IMG/VR virus record: IMGVR_UViG_3300029822_001170
Location: 1-38,926 of that record
Source of the DNA: a virus
Lineage: Duplodnaviria > Caudoviricetes
Direction: 5' to 3' (one strand)
Length of the DNA stretch: 38,926 nt
The notes under the pieces were generated by a model. That model saw nothing but the letters and a program-made list of their open reading frames with translations. It was not told the origin of the DNA and made no database searches. The position numbers and the translations under genes were made by a program. Below, piece after piece: positions 27,964 to 37,098 of the stretch; position 1 is the stretch's first letter, and each line of letters starts with the position of its first letter.

Positions 27964-28233
27964 ATGGAAAAAGAAAAGAATCAGAACATTACTCTTAATG
28001 GCGTTGTGTTTACTCCGGAAATGATTAAAACGATGCAGGAATGGTATAGTAACCAGATGCCAAATGAAAGCGGACCAGACATAATGATTGGTTGTTTGAA
28101 AATTGCCTCGGATTGTCTTATCGAATTGTCACAGGAGAATCTCGAGAAGGATAAAGAGATCATGAGAGCTTTACGCCAAATTAAATTTGTAGAAGAAGAA
28201 TTGAAACCATTTTTAGAAGGGGGTGCAGTATGA
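27964..28233 (+). CDS. hypothetical protein
   Basis: ATG at 27964; ends in EGGAV, coupled to the next gene. Confidence 0.7.
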   Translation: MEKEKNQNITLNGVVFTPEMIKTMQEWYSNQMPNESGPDIMIGCLKIASDCLIELSQENLEKDKEIMRALRQIKFVEEELKPFLEGGAV

Positions 28234-29009
28234 AAACAGTTGATATACCATTTAATAGTGCTAAGTTTTTAGAAGCGTGGATGAAATACAAAGAGTTCCT
28301 GCGTGATGCCTTCGATATTAATTTAACAGAAATTGAAGAGAAATATCGATTAGAGAAATTGTTTAATATTTCGATGGAAAACGAGAAAATGGCAATTGAG
28401 TACATTGATTATTATATTACAAATCGTTATAAACATATTTTTACTCCAGATAGACCAAAAAAATATTTTTTATCGTATGATCTGGAAGAATTAGAAAAGT
28501 TGAAAAAGGTTCTAAATAAATATATAAAGGACAGAAAGAAGGAAGTTATTAAAAATAATATTCTCAGTCGATATCCAACTTGGGATATGTTTATGAAGGA
28601 ACAGTCGCCGGATCGATTATGTGTTAACTATGATGATGTTAAAGAAGTTGATAATGTTTATAGTACATCTGATATCACGCTTAAGCTCCTGACTGAATTA
28701 TACACATTGGATAAATATCAAGCGGGTTACGAATATATTCAGAGATGGCTGATTTATCTGAATGATTCGCTGAATATAAATATTGGTCTTCAGCCCGGAG
28801 TTATCAAACATATATCATACATGATATATGCAAAATACAGTTATTTCAGACTATCAGACATGAAGCTCCTTTTTGACTATATACTTGAAAGCCGTTACGC
28901 AACATTTTACGGATCTATCGATACTCAGAGGATTATGCTAAGTTTCTACGAATATAACCTTGAGAGAAAAGATTCATTCATTAAGAAGGAAGGAGAAGAA
29001 AATGGATAA
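28230..29009 (+). CDS. fusion of paralogues of early genes 876..1370 and 1816..2415
   Basis: Direct alignment of the translations; shared DNA blocks such as ATTTCAGACTATCAGA and AACATTTTACGGATCTAT. Confidence 0.85.
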   Translation: MKTVDIPFNSAKFLEAWMKYKEFLRDAFDINLTEIEEKYRLEKLFNISMENEKMAIEYIDYYITNRYKHIFTPDRPKKYFLSYDLEELEKLKKVLNKYIKDRKKEVIKNNILSRYPTWDMFMKEQSPDRLCVNYDDVKEVDNVYSTSDITLKLLTELYTLDKYQAGYEYIQRWLIYLNDSLNINIGLQPGVIKHISYMIYAKYSYFRLSDMKLLFDYILESRYATFYGSIDTQRIMLSFYEYNLERKDSFIKKEGEENG

Positions 29010-29271
29010 TAAAGAAAAAAGAACTCCTATCCTGGCACACAATCCATACAGGAATGTATTAATGAATGTTGAACCTCTTTTCAAGCTATTGAAAACATAT
29101 CATATAGATGATATTCTTGGAATAGCTGACAGAAGTATAAAGCTGGTTGCACTGACTTCTGAATCTGATTTTATAAGCGAATATGAAAGAAAAGAAGCAC
29201 TCGTATTCCTTTATGAAATAAGAGATCTGCTAATGACTATGAAAGAATGTCAAATTACCACAGGAAACTAA
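29002..29271 (+). CDS. hypothetical protein
   Basis: ATG at 29002 (MDNKEKR...) overlapping the upstream stop. Confidence 0.65.
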   Translation: MDNKEKRTPILAHNPYRNVLMNVEPLFKLLKTYHIDDILGIADRSIKLVALTSESDFISEYERKEALVFLYEIRDLLMTMKECQITTGN

Positions 29272-29298
29272 GATTGACTAATGATAATTTACTGACTG

Positions 29299-29326
29299 CC
29301 GCCCCAATTTAAGGGGCGGTTTTTTT
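29299..29326 (+). terminator. intrinsic terminator
   Basis: CCGCCCC-aatttaa-GGGGCGG plus T-run. Confidence 0.88.
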
Positions 29327-29361
29327 GTCCTTTTTTCTGAGACCCATCATGCCTAATTTTG
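29327..29361 (+). promoter_or_regulatory. putative late promoter 4 (GTCCTTTT-N19-TAATTTTG)
   Basis: Motif and spacing conserved; precedes the lysis genes. Confidence 0.72.
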
Positions 29362-29378
29362 AAAGCAAAACGAAAGGA

Positions 29379-29999
29379 ATGGACAATTTTATTGAACCTA
29401 CTAAAATGGCTGAAAGTGCACTTAATACCGCAGAAAGTATTAGTAATTATGGTGCCATGGTAGTAATTACAGCTTTTGCAATTATTCTTTGCACCGTGAT
29501 GATCATTTACTTCTTTGTCAGCCACAGACGTATGACGCGCAACATGGAAGAGCAAAATAGATTGAACAATGAAGCATTGAGCGTGACTTTAAAGGAACTG
29601 AAAGATTACCTGGCTCCGGTGTCAGAAAATGCACGCCTCTCCACTCTCACTGCAATTTATGCCATTGCGGAAAATAACTTTAAACTAAGCATTGAGAATG
29701 TAATTAAGATTATTGAGCAGATACAAACTGAGAATAATATCAGCAACGAAAAAGCCACTCGCGCCAAGCTGTTCAGGTTCATCAATAATATACACAACGA
29801 AAGAATCCTTTATTTCAAAAACTTCTCATACAAAGGGCACACAGTCGATTACTATATGGATCGAAAGTGGATTGATCAGATGATTGAGATTACATTTCCT
29901 GAGATTTATGATAAGAGTAAAGCACGTACGCGCACGAACATCAAGCAGGCGTATGACAGTATATTTATTGAATTCAAACAAAACCTTTTGACGAAATGA
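29379..29999 (+). CDS. holin-like single-TM protein
   Basis: One N-terminal TM helix plus a soluble domain (T4 T-like topology); immediately before the endolysin; start moved to ATG 29379, downstream of the promoter. Confidence 0.55.
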   Translation: MDNFIEPTKMAESALNTAESISNYGAMVVITAFAIILCTVMIIYFFVSHRRMTRNMEEQNRLNNEALSVTLKELKDYLAPVSENARLSTLTAIYAIAENNFKLSIENVIKIIEQIQTENNISNEKATRAKLFRFINNIHNERILYFKNFSYKGHTVDYYMDRKWIDQMIEITFPEIYDKSKARTRTNIKQAYDSIFIEFKQNLLTK

Positions 30000-30394
30000 G
30001 AAAGATTGACAAAATAATTATTCACTGTTCAGCTACCCCGGAAGGCAGACCTCACACGGTTGCTGATATCAACCGCTGGCATCGTGAAAGGGGTTTCTCG
30101 CAAATAGGTTATCATTGGGTGGTTTACTTGAATGGAACCATTCACCGGGGTAGACCGGAAGAGACTGCAGGTGCTCATGTGGTTGGCCAGAATGCTCACA
30201 GTATTGGCGTGTGCTACATTGGGGGTGTGGACATAAAGCATAATGCAAAAGACACCAGGACTAAGGCTCAGAAGCTGGCGCTTCGTGGACTGGTGGAAGA
30301 GCTAAAAGAGAGATATCCGGGGGCAACGGTGCACGGACATAATGAGTTTGCTGCAAAGGCTTGTCCTAGTTTTAAGGTTCAGACAGAACTATAA
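29996..30394 (+). CDS. endolysin, N-acetylmuramoyl-L-alanine amidase (T7 lysozyme-like)
   Basis: IIIHCSAT, IGYH, GAH, SIGVCYIGG, GHNE..AKACPSF. Confidence 0.95.
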   Translation: MRKIDKIIIHCSATPEGRPHTVADINRWHRERGFSQIGYHWVVYLNGTIHRGRPEETAGAHVVGQNAHSIGVCYIGGVDIKHNAKDTRTKAQKLALRGLVEELKERYPGATVHGHNEFAAKACPSFKVQTEL

Positions 30395-30402
30395 ATTAAT
30401 AT

Positions 30403-30903
30403 ATGAGGCATGATTTTATACATATTATTATTGTTGCTCTTCTTTGCAGTGCTTGTTTTGGGGGCTGTAGATCAAAAAAAGATGTCCAAAAGAATTCGGA
30501 AACAATTGGAAGATATGAACGATTTGAACGAGTGGTGGACACAACGCGAACTGTGGGAACAGAGGAACTTAAAGCAGACAGAAGAGGATCTGAAATTGAT
30601 CAATCATACATCCGGGTTACTGAGTTCGATTCAACAGGAACAGTACGACGAATACAGGAAACGTGGCGGGACAGACAGCGAAACGACGTGGCTACAGAAG
30701 AGCGAAATACACGAACTGTTTCCGTAGTGGGTGAAAGCAAAGAGGTAATTGAGAGTGATGCCAGCTCCACAATTGTATCGGAAGTAGTGAAAGTTGATAC
30801 TGATTCGCGACCGGTGCAAGGGATTGAATGGATGTGGGTGGTTCTCTCAGGTGCTTTAATTGTTGCAGTAATATTATACATAATCTATAACAGAGTGAAA
30901 TAA
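30403..30903 (+). CDS. lipoprotein with a C-terminal TM helix, unimolecular-spanin-like
   Basis: Lipobox-like FGG|C (or CSA|C), beta-rich middle, C-terminal TM; follows the endolysin. Confidence 0.65.
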   Translation: MRHDFIHIIIVALLCSACFGGCRSKKDVQKNSETIGRYERFERVVDTTRTVGTEELKADRRGSEIDQSYIRVTEFDSTGTVRRIQETWRDRQRNDVATEERNTRTVSVVGESKEVIESDASSTIVSEVVKVDTDSRPVQGIEWMWVVLSGALIVAVILYIIYNRVK

Positions 30904-30909
30904 TTTGAA

Positions 30910-31752
30910 ATGAGCAGATATCTGGAAATACCAACAATGTGGGAAGAACTGACAGCTGATCAGTTTGCCTATCTCCTTAAACTGGTGCATGAAGCCAAAC
31001 CGGATGAAGTTACCATCGGTGATATACTACTTAAATATGCCGATTATCTCCTGGGTGAAAGGAAGATTGTTGCTATTGATAGACGTGCTCAATATTATAA
31101 ATTGGTGCAGGATGTTGCAGAAACGCTTACATGGATATTTGCTGAAGATGAAGATGGTAATTATCTGTTGAATTTTGCTACTACTCAGAATCTGCTTCCT
31201 GAAATAAATGTTTTTATTGGTCCGCAGTCGCATGGCAGTGATTTGGTTTTCGGTGAGTATCGCACTGCAGTTGACATGATGAATCGATTCACTAATGAAA
31301 AGAATCCTTTCTTCCTGGATGCATTGTGTGGCATATTATACAGAAAACCTCTGAAGAGATCAAAAGGCTTGCGGACTGAAGCAAAGATGCGATCGAAGTA
31401 TAATAAGCATCACGTTTCGCATTATGCAAGAGGTTTTGAGAAAGTTCCGGAACATCTTAAATGGGGAGTGTATTTGTGGTTCGCTTATTTTAACCGATAC
31501 TTGATTGAAGGTGGTGAATTTATTATTGAAGGTAATACCCTGGCATTTGATTCACTGTTCGATCACAGCGCGAATGAAGATAATGCTGAGCAGATGAACA
31601 TCGGTTTAATGAGCATCGTATTTACGCTTGCTGATACCGGAACGTTTGGTAATGCTGAACAGACAGATGAGACGCTGTTATTTCAGGTATTAATGAAGCT
31701 ATTAAGTGATAAACAATTAGCCGATAAATTGAAAAAGAATGATAGGAGTTAA
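30910..31752 (+). CDS. phage protein, tail-assembly-chaperone-like
   Basis: IPTMWEELT..QF, FGEY, LCGILYR, LADTGTFG. Confidence 0.55.
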   Translation: MSRYLEIPTMWEELTADQFAYLLKLVHEAKPDEVTIGDILLKYADYLLGERKIVAIDRRAQYYKLVQDVAETLTWIFAEDEDGNYLLNFATTQNLLPEINVFIGPQSHGSDLVFGEYRTAVDMMNRFTNEKNPFFLDALCGILYRKPLKRSKGLRTEAKMRSKYNKHHVSHYARGFEKVPEHLKWGVYLWFAYFNRYLIEGGEFIIEGNTLAFDSLFDHSANEDNAEQMNIGLMSIVFTLADTGTFGNAEQTDETLLFQVLMKLLSDKQLADKLKKNDRS

Positions 31753-32221
31753 GCAATTAAGATCGTTGTTTCAGGAGGTTGCAGCTGAAGTGAATGCTGA
31801 GCTGGATGATAATATGCTTGCATTTAAGGTGAAGAAAATTATTGTTTCTCCTACCGAAAGTCACCTGGTTAAGAAGCTAAAAGATCAGGCTGGTGTTGTG
31901 CTTGCTTTTAGAATGCCCAGTGCTGATAGTGCAATTATTGATGCTGATAATTATGCAGAGCTTAACAAGCTTCTATTTTACATAATTGAGAAAGTTGATC
32001 CTGGCACTCACAATGATGAGCAGGAATTGGATCATTATAATATGTTGCAAAAGATTACATCAGCATTCAAACTGAAGTTGATGGATAGACTGATGGGTAA
32101 TGATTTTTGCAGTACTGACAATGAGTTGGCCAAGGGGTTTCATACTGAATTTGAATATCAGGAATTTGGAGGCTTTAATGGCCTAAGCGTGAGTTTTGAC
32201 GTAAAGGACTTTTACTTATAA
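31739..32221 (+). CDS. tail terminator-like structural protein
   Basis: 160 aa; ends FGGFNGLSVSF. Confidence 0.5.
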   Translation: MIGVKQLRSLFQEVAAEVNAELDDNMLAFKVKKIIVSPTESHLVKKLKDQAGVVLAFRMPSADSAIIDADNYAELNKLLFYIIEKVDPGTHNDEQELDHYNMLQKITSAFKLKLMDRLMGNDFCSTDNELAKGFHTEFEYQEFGGFNGLSVSFDVKDFYL

Positions 32222-32226
32222 GTATT

Positions 32227-34074
32227 ATGACTGAATTGTTTGTAAGTAATGAACAGGTAGTTTTGCCGGAGAATTTTTCTACTGAGATAATTGAGGGCAA
32301 TCCTTTCATCAATCCAATTGGTGAGACATCGCTTGACATAACTGTTTCGCTATTGGAGCCACATAATGCATATATATTTGGTTACCTGCAGCGTACTAAT
32401 TCTCGCAAAGATACAACTCAGTCACTTCCATGTAAGTTGATTGTAAATGCTACAGAATATCATGGACTTTGTATTGTGCTTGAATTCTCTGATGAAGAAG
32501 TGAGCATTCAACTAGTGTTTAAGAATTCGATTTTCACTTATGCCATTGATGACGATTTGATGTTACGTGATCTAAATTTGGGATCGGCATCGGTACCTTC
32601 GAGTATTCCAGGACATTTTAACCTCTCTTATCCGCAAACTGATTTTCAGCTTTTGATGCTGTATGATCCGGATATTACCTATAGTGATTTTGCTGGTGGT
32701 ACCCAAATGGTGAACGGAGATCTTCTGAATCGATTCACTTATGTGTATAATGAAGCATTACAAAGATATGATCTCACCTATGGCCATGACGGTAATCCAG
32801 TGAAAATCTCCGGCATGTTTGCAATAAGTGATCTGGGATTGAGAAAGCAATTGTATTCTCCACAGCCATATCTTGCAGCAATCGTAAGACGTGTAATTGA
32901 GGCTCTTGGATTTCAAATGGGGGTTAATGAGATTGTGACCAAATCGACCTGGAAGAATGCAATTATTGTGAATAATTCAACCACAATGCGATATGCTGAC
33001 ATGGTGCCTGATTGGACAGTGAGAAAATTCATTGATCAAGTTCAGTTATGGCAAAATTGCAGATTTATTTACAATCCGATTACCGGAGTTGTAGATATAA
33101 GGTATAACCATTTGAGCAATGATAATGCTGAGCTGGTGGAATTAACGGTGCTGGATGATTTTACCGGAGCTACTGACGAAGTTGATCCTGTGATGAACCG
33201 TCAACGCAATATCGAATATAATCTTCCGGCGACGAATATCTATAAATATACTGACCTCGGGGATTTGAGAGATAAGTTTTTAAATGTCACAACCAGCGCA
33301 GGAACTTTAGGTGAATTAATAAACAGCATGAAGGCGGTTCATAATCCTCACTGGATATATCAATTTGAAGATGCTAAGCTGATTTTGCGTGAGGATGAAG
33401 TGCCTGCATTTGTTGATGAATATGGAATGTTGAGAAATAATCCAAACAAAAAGGGTGCTGATGAAACTCTTGATATTATCCCGGCTGAGATGGCGCTGAT
33501 TAAGTTTTATGTTCGCGGACGAATGGAAACAACTACCTCAAGTTATATTTATTTGATGGTGCCGGTAGTACGCAACTCGCAGATATTGAACGTGAACTTT
33601 GATGATGAAGATAACTTTATTTCGGTTGAAGATGCGATAAATGATTCATCCCTTGTATCTGAAGACACCGAAACAAAAGATGTGATGCAAATTGTGATGT
33701 TCAGCGGTGATAGACAATATACATTGTATGGATCAGTAACCAACCTGGTGTTTGATGGTATGCCTGAGGCTTACACCCGGCACGTTTCCGACATCTATCC
33801 TGATGGTGGGTATCATACAATTGTAGCCTCAAATCCAGTTGTACAAAATCCATTATCACTTCAATTCTTAAATGAGCATTTGTACAGCAAGGAAGCCGAA
33901 ATAGACGCAACCAAACTCTACCGGTTCCGCTTCTTTACTCCTATAAAGGATCTTGATATTACTGACACATTCGTAATAAATGGTGAGTATTACCGTGCCT
34001 TTCAATTTAACAAAAAGATAAACATTGATGGCATGGAAGAAGTAATTGAAGGTGAGTTTTTTAAATTGAAATAA
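32227..34074 (+). CDS. tail tip/hub protein
   Basis: 615 aa; GNPF, PQPYL..IV, VPDWTV..FI; precedes the tail spike. Confidence 0.65.
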   Translation: MTELFVSNEQVVLPENFSTEIIEGNPFINPIGETSLDITVSLLEPHNAYIFGYLQRTNSRKDTTQSLPCKLIVNATEYHGLCIVLEFSDEEVSIQLVFKNSIFTYAIDDDLMLRDLNLGSASVPSSIPGHFNLSYPQTDFQLLMLYDPDITYSDFAGGTQMVNGDLLNRFTYVYNEALQRYDLTYGHDGNPVKISGMFAISDLGLRKQLYSPQPYLAAIVRRVIEALGFQMGVNEIVTKSTWKNAIIVNNSTTMRYADMVPDWTVRKFIDQVQLWQNCRFIYNPITGVVDIRYNHLSNDNAELVELTVLDDFTGATDEVDPVMNRQRNIEYNLPATNIYKYTDLGDLRDKFLNVTTSAGTLGELINSMKAVHNPHWIYQFEDAKLILREDEVPAFVDEYGMLRNNPNKKGADETLDIIPAEMALIKFYVRGRMETTTSSYIYLMVPVVRNSQILNVNFDDEDNFISVEDAINDSSLVSEDTETKDVMQIVMFSGDRQYTLYGSVTNLVFDGMPEAYTRHVSDIYPDGGYHTIVASNPVVQNPLSLQFLNEHLYSKEAEIDATKLYRFRFFTPIKDLDITDTFVINGEYYRAFQFNKKINIDGMEEVIEGEFFKLK

Positions 34075-34115
34075 CGAAACATAAATATTCAACAAACAAA
34101 ATAAAGAAATAAATC

Positions 34116-36959
34116 ATGGCAATAGAACTTGAAAAAATAAAATCTTGGGACGGACAATCAGGCACCGGTGCCGATAACAGGGGTGTGATTGATAGGAATT
34201 TTGATAAGGTGAAAACTGAGTTGGAGGGAAATAAAGCTGAAATAGTTCAATTAGCGGGCGATGTTAATGTATTGAACTACAATGTTAGTGTCATAACTCA
34301 GCCTACTCGAAATCTATATTCGGCCGAGTATGAAAATATAAATTATCAAGTAGATATTAATGGAATAGTAGGATTGATCTCACCTTCGTGGATGGGGACA
34401 TTGATGCCTATATCTCCATCTACTGAGTATAGCATTCAAAATGGGTCGAACCTTTATGGCCATGGACTAGTGGGGGACTTGGCTTACTTAGATAGTAGCA
34501 AAGTAAAAATATCAAGTGTTGACATGAATACACTTCCGGTAGCAGGATTAAAAGGAAGAAAATTCACTACCCCCGCAAATTGTGCTTATTTAGCCTTCAA
34601 TAGTAAAGTTGGAATATACGATTTCTCAAATTCATTACAGGTAGAACTTGGAGGTATAGCTACAAGCTATACACTTCATATGAATATAAAAAGTTCAAGA
34701 ATAGATACTCTTGAGGCTGACGTAGCTCGATTGAACCTATTACCCCCCGAACTTTCACTTGAAGATCCATCCATTACAATTGGATCTCACCCAGTTGGTT
34801 CCCAGCAACTTACACCAGACGTTACTTTTGTAAGAGCCGAACCTGTTGCTACTCGATCAGTATTGAAATCCGCTAAACTTTCAGTCTTTACTTCTAATAT
34901 AGAATGTAAAATAGTTATATTGGGAAGCGATAAGATAGTCAAATCAATTATAGACTTTGAATTTACCGGTCTTGAAACAACTATTCCCGGTAATATAATT
35001 GTAGAAGCTGGAGATTTCATTGGAACATATTCCCCTATAAGAGTTTTCGGACTTTCGAGTGGTGGTACTATTTACACTTGGTACAAGGCTGGATCTCCAA
35101 CTGTAGGAGCAGAATTCACTGATATGTATGCAACTCCAATTTATATGGACCCTTTATATGTGGTAGCTCCTATCGAAAGTGTAAAGACCGTAGTTTCAAG
35201 TAACACCAATAGAATCACAGCATTAGAAGGTAGTACAACCAGTAGTGCAGTCACTGTTGAGGACGCAACTGTAGCAATGTATATGGGTTCATCTTTGACC
35301 GATTCATATTATCAGCCCAAATCTACTTCTTGGATAGAACGATTGAATGACATTACAGATGTTTGTATCGTGAATAATGGTACGTCAGGACGTAATTTAA
35401 AGACCAATATGACCGCTGTAGTTTCGAATGATACTATCAGGCATGACTCAGGGAATACCCCAAAAGGTTTGAAACCTAATTTTATCATATGGAATAATTC
35501 AGCTAATGGAACTCCTGCAGGGATTACTGGGAAACAACAATTGATGAATGCAAAAGAGATCACTGAATCCCTTGGGGCAAAGATGGTATTGGGGAGTGAG
35601 GAGGATTTCAATAATATAGCAAAAGCCTTGGAAGACACATATAAGTCTTTTGCAAATGAATGGGGCCTTATTTATTCTCCTATGATACAGGTATGGAGAA
35701 AATGTTACCCCTCGGGAAATCCTTATCTCGGATTCATGGGTTCAAACCATTCGGGTTACAGATCAATGGCCCCTTATTCAATGCACAGAGATATGCTTGA
35801 CTCTCTACCCATTTACAAAAATGTAAAGATGTTTAAAGTTAGACCTACTTATAAAGCTGGGTCTCCTGCAATAACTGATTTGGTTTTTGATAACAATAAA
35901 CAAAGGATCAAATTTTTTACTGCAATATCATCTGGAGCTGACGACTCAATAGGAACGGGGGCTCTTGATAATCTTGACGATCATGCGTATGATGTATCAG
36001 GGGGAAGCAATGATGGGATTTCAATTTCTGAGATTTCATTGATGAGAAGAAATTCGATTGTAACATTTAATAAATATGCTTTAATTGAATTCATAGTTGA
36101 TAAAATAAAAATAACTAAAGCAGATTTTGAAGTAACAAGTGTAGTGAACCCAACAACTGTTTATTTGGCAGTCACTAAAAATACGTCCACTACTTTCAAT
36201 GATTCTCCGAGAACGGAATTTATCTCTGTTCCTTTTACTTATTCAGGGGGAAAGATCCTTTGCTCAGTAACTCGGACCGACTATGATATTCAACTCTACG
36301 ATAAGGTGAGAATCATTATTTATTATTCTGGGGGGTCATTCTCTTTGGGAAGTCCAAAATTATCAAATTATGATGGAGTGGAAAAACCAAAACCTGTACA
36401 AGGTAAATATGATTACAGGCAATTTGGGATAGAACTTAATCCTTTGACTTCATTCCCTTCTTCTGGGCATGGTTGGACTTTAGGGGGGACATCCACAGTA
36501 AAAGCTTTTCCAATAGAATTGGCAAATTATACCTCATACAACGCAGTCAAGAGTCATCTTCAATTGCAAGATGATACGGCTACAGCTACAAAGACAATTG
36601 CGCTGAATGATGTATGTACAAAAGTTGCTATAAGAGTCATTGCTCAGAATTTTTATAAAATAGCAACAACAAGGTTTGTAGGGACTGGGATTGAATCCTC
36701 TGAGTATTTAGCAACTACTCCTCAAGTAATTCCTTACGATTATGACTATGGTCATCTAAGACTTATCATCAATGATAATATAGTCAAGGACTTTATGGTC
36801 TTGCAAGGGTGGCATGAGTTATATGTTGAAATAGATTTGAACCCTACCGATACACAAATCAAATTGGCTCTCTCAAGAAATTCACTGGTGGATGCAAGTT
36901 TTGGCAATGCAAATTGCCCTATCTTAATACACGATATTTCAGTTCAAAAATTAAAATAA
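34116..36959 (+). CDS. tail spike / receptor-binding protein with an SGNH/GDSL-like esterase domain
   Basis: Short anchor (GADNRGVIDRNF), beta-sandwich modules (FTTPANCAYL), YMGSSLT...NNGTSG...NSANG...GSNH. Confidence 0.8.
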   Translation: MAIELEKIKSWDGQSGTGADNRGVIDRNFDKVKTELEGNKAEIVQLAGDVNVLNYNVSVITQPTRNLYSAEYENINYQVDINGIVGLISPSWMGTLMPISPSTEYSIQNGSNLYGHGLVGDLAYLDSSKVKISSVDMNTLPVAGLKGRKFTTPANCAYLAFNSKVGIYDFSNSLQVELGGIATSYTLHMNIKSSRIDTLEADVARLNLLPPELSLEDPSITIGSHPVGSQQLTPDVTFVRAEPVATRSVLKSAKLSVFTSNIECKIVILGSDKIVKSIIDFEFTGLETTIPGNIIVEAGDFIGTYSPIRVFGLSSGGTIYTWYKAGSPTVGAEFTDMYATPIYMDPLYVVAPIESVKTVVSSNTNRITALEGSTTSSAVTVEDATVAMYMGSSLTDSYYQPKSTSWIERLNDITDVCIVNNGTSGRNLKTNMTAVVSNDTIRHDSGNTPKGLKPNFIIWNNSANGTPAGITGKQQLMNAKEITESLGAKMVLGSEEDFNNIAKALEDTYKSFANEWGLIYSPMIQVWRKCYPSGNPYLGFMGSNHSGYRSMAPYSMHRDMLDSLPIYKNVKMFKVRPTYKAGSPAITDLVFDNNKQRIKFFTAISSGADDSIGTGALDNLDDHAYDVSGGSNDGISISEISLMRRNSIVTFNKYALIEFIVDKIKITKADFEVTSVVNPTTVYLAVTKNTSTTFNDSPRTEFISVPFTYSGGKILCSVTRTDYDIQLYDKVRIIIYYSGGSFSLGSPKLSNYDGVEKPKPVQGKYDYRQFGIELNPLTSFPSSGHGWTLGGTSTVKAFPIELANYTSYNAVKSHLQLQDDTATATKTIALNDVCTKVAIRVIAQNFYKIATTRFVGTGIESSEYLATTPQVIPYDYDYGHLRLIINDNIVKDFMVLQGWHELYVEIDLNPTDTQIKLALSRNSLVDASFGNANCPILIHDISVQKLK
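34243..34254 (+). repeat. putative recombination site 1 (TAGTTCAATTAG) at the tail-spike anchor junction
   Basis: Exact inverted copy at 37053-37064; 11/12 direct copy at 37037-37048. Confidence 0.55.
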
Positions 36960-37036
36960 TCGAAAACAACAATGGAGAAAATAATCGTGACACTGTGGAT
37001 ACGGAGAATCAATTTTCAATTCTCCACAAATCAGGA

Positions 37037-37064
37037 TAGCTCAATTAGATGACTAATTGAACTA
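37037..37064. repeat. head-to-head pair of putative recombination sites 2 and 3
   Basis: TAGCTCAATTAG-atga-CTAATTGAACTA. Confidence 0.6.
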
Positions 37065-37098
37065 AATCATTAATAAAGTCAATACATAAGTGAATAAA

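Noticed and set aside
1816-29009. Diversity-generating retroelement (duplicated sequence as TR/VR)
   Set aside because: No reverse transcriptase is present. Differences between the copies are not adenine-specific and both copies are protein-coding.
36972-37052. 26-codon ORF MEKIIVTLWIRRINFQFSTNQDSSIR after the tail spike
   Set aside because: Too short to support. It overlaps a GGAGAAT/ATTCTCC hairpin and repeat site 2, so it may be a remnant.
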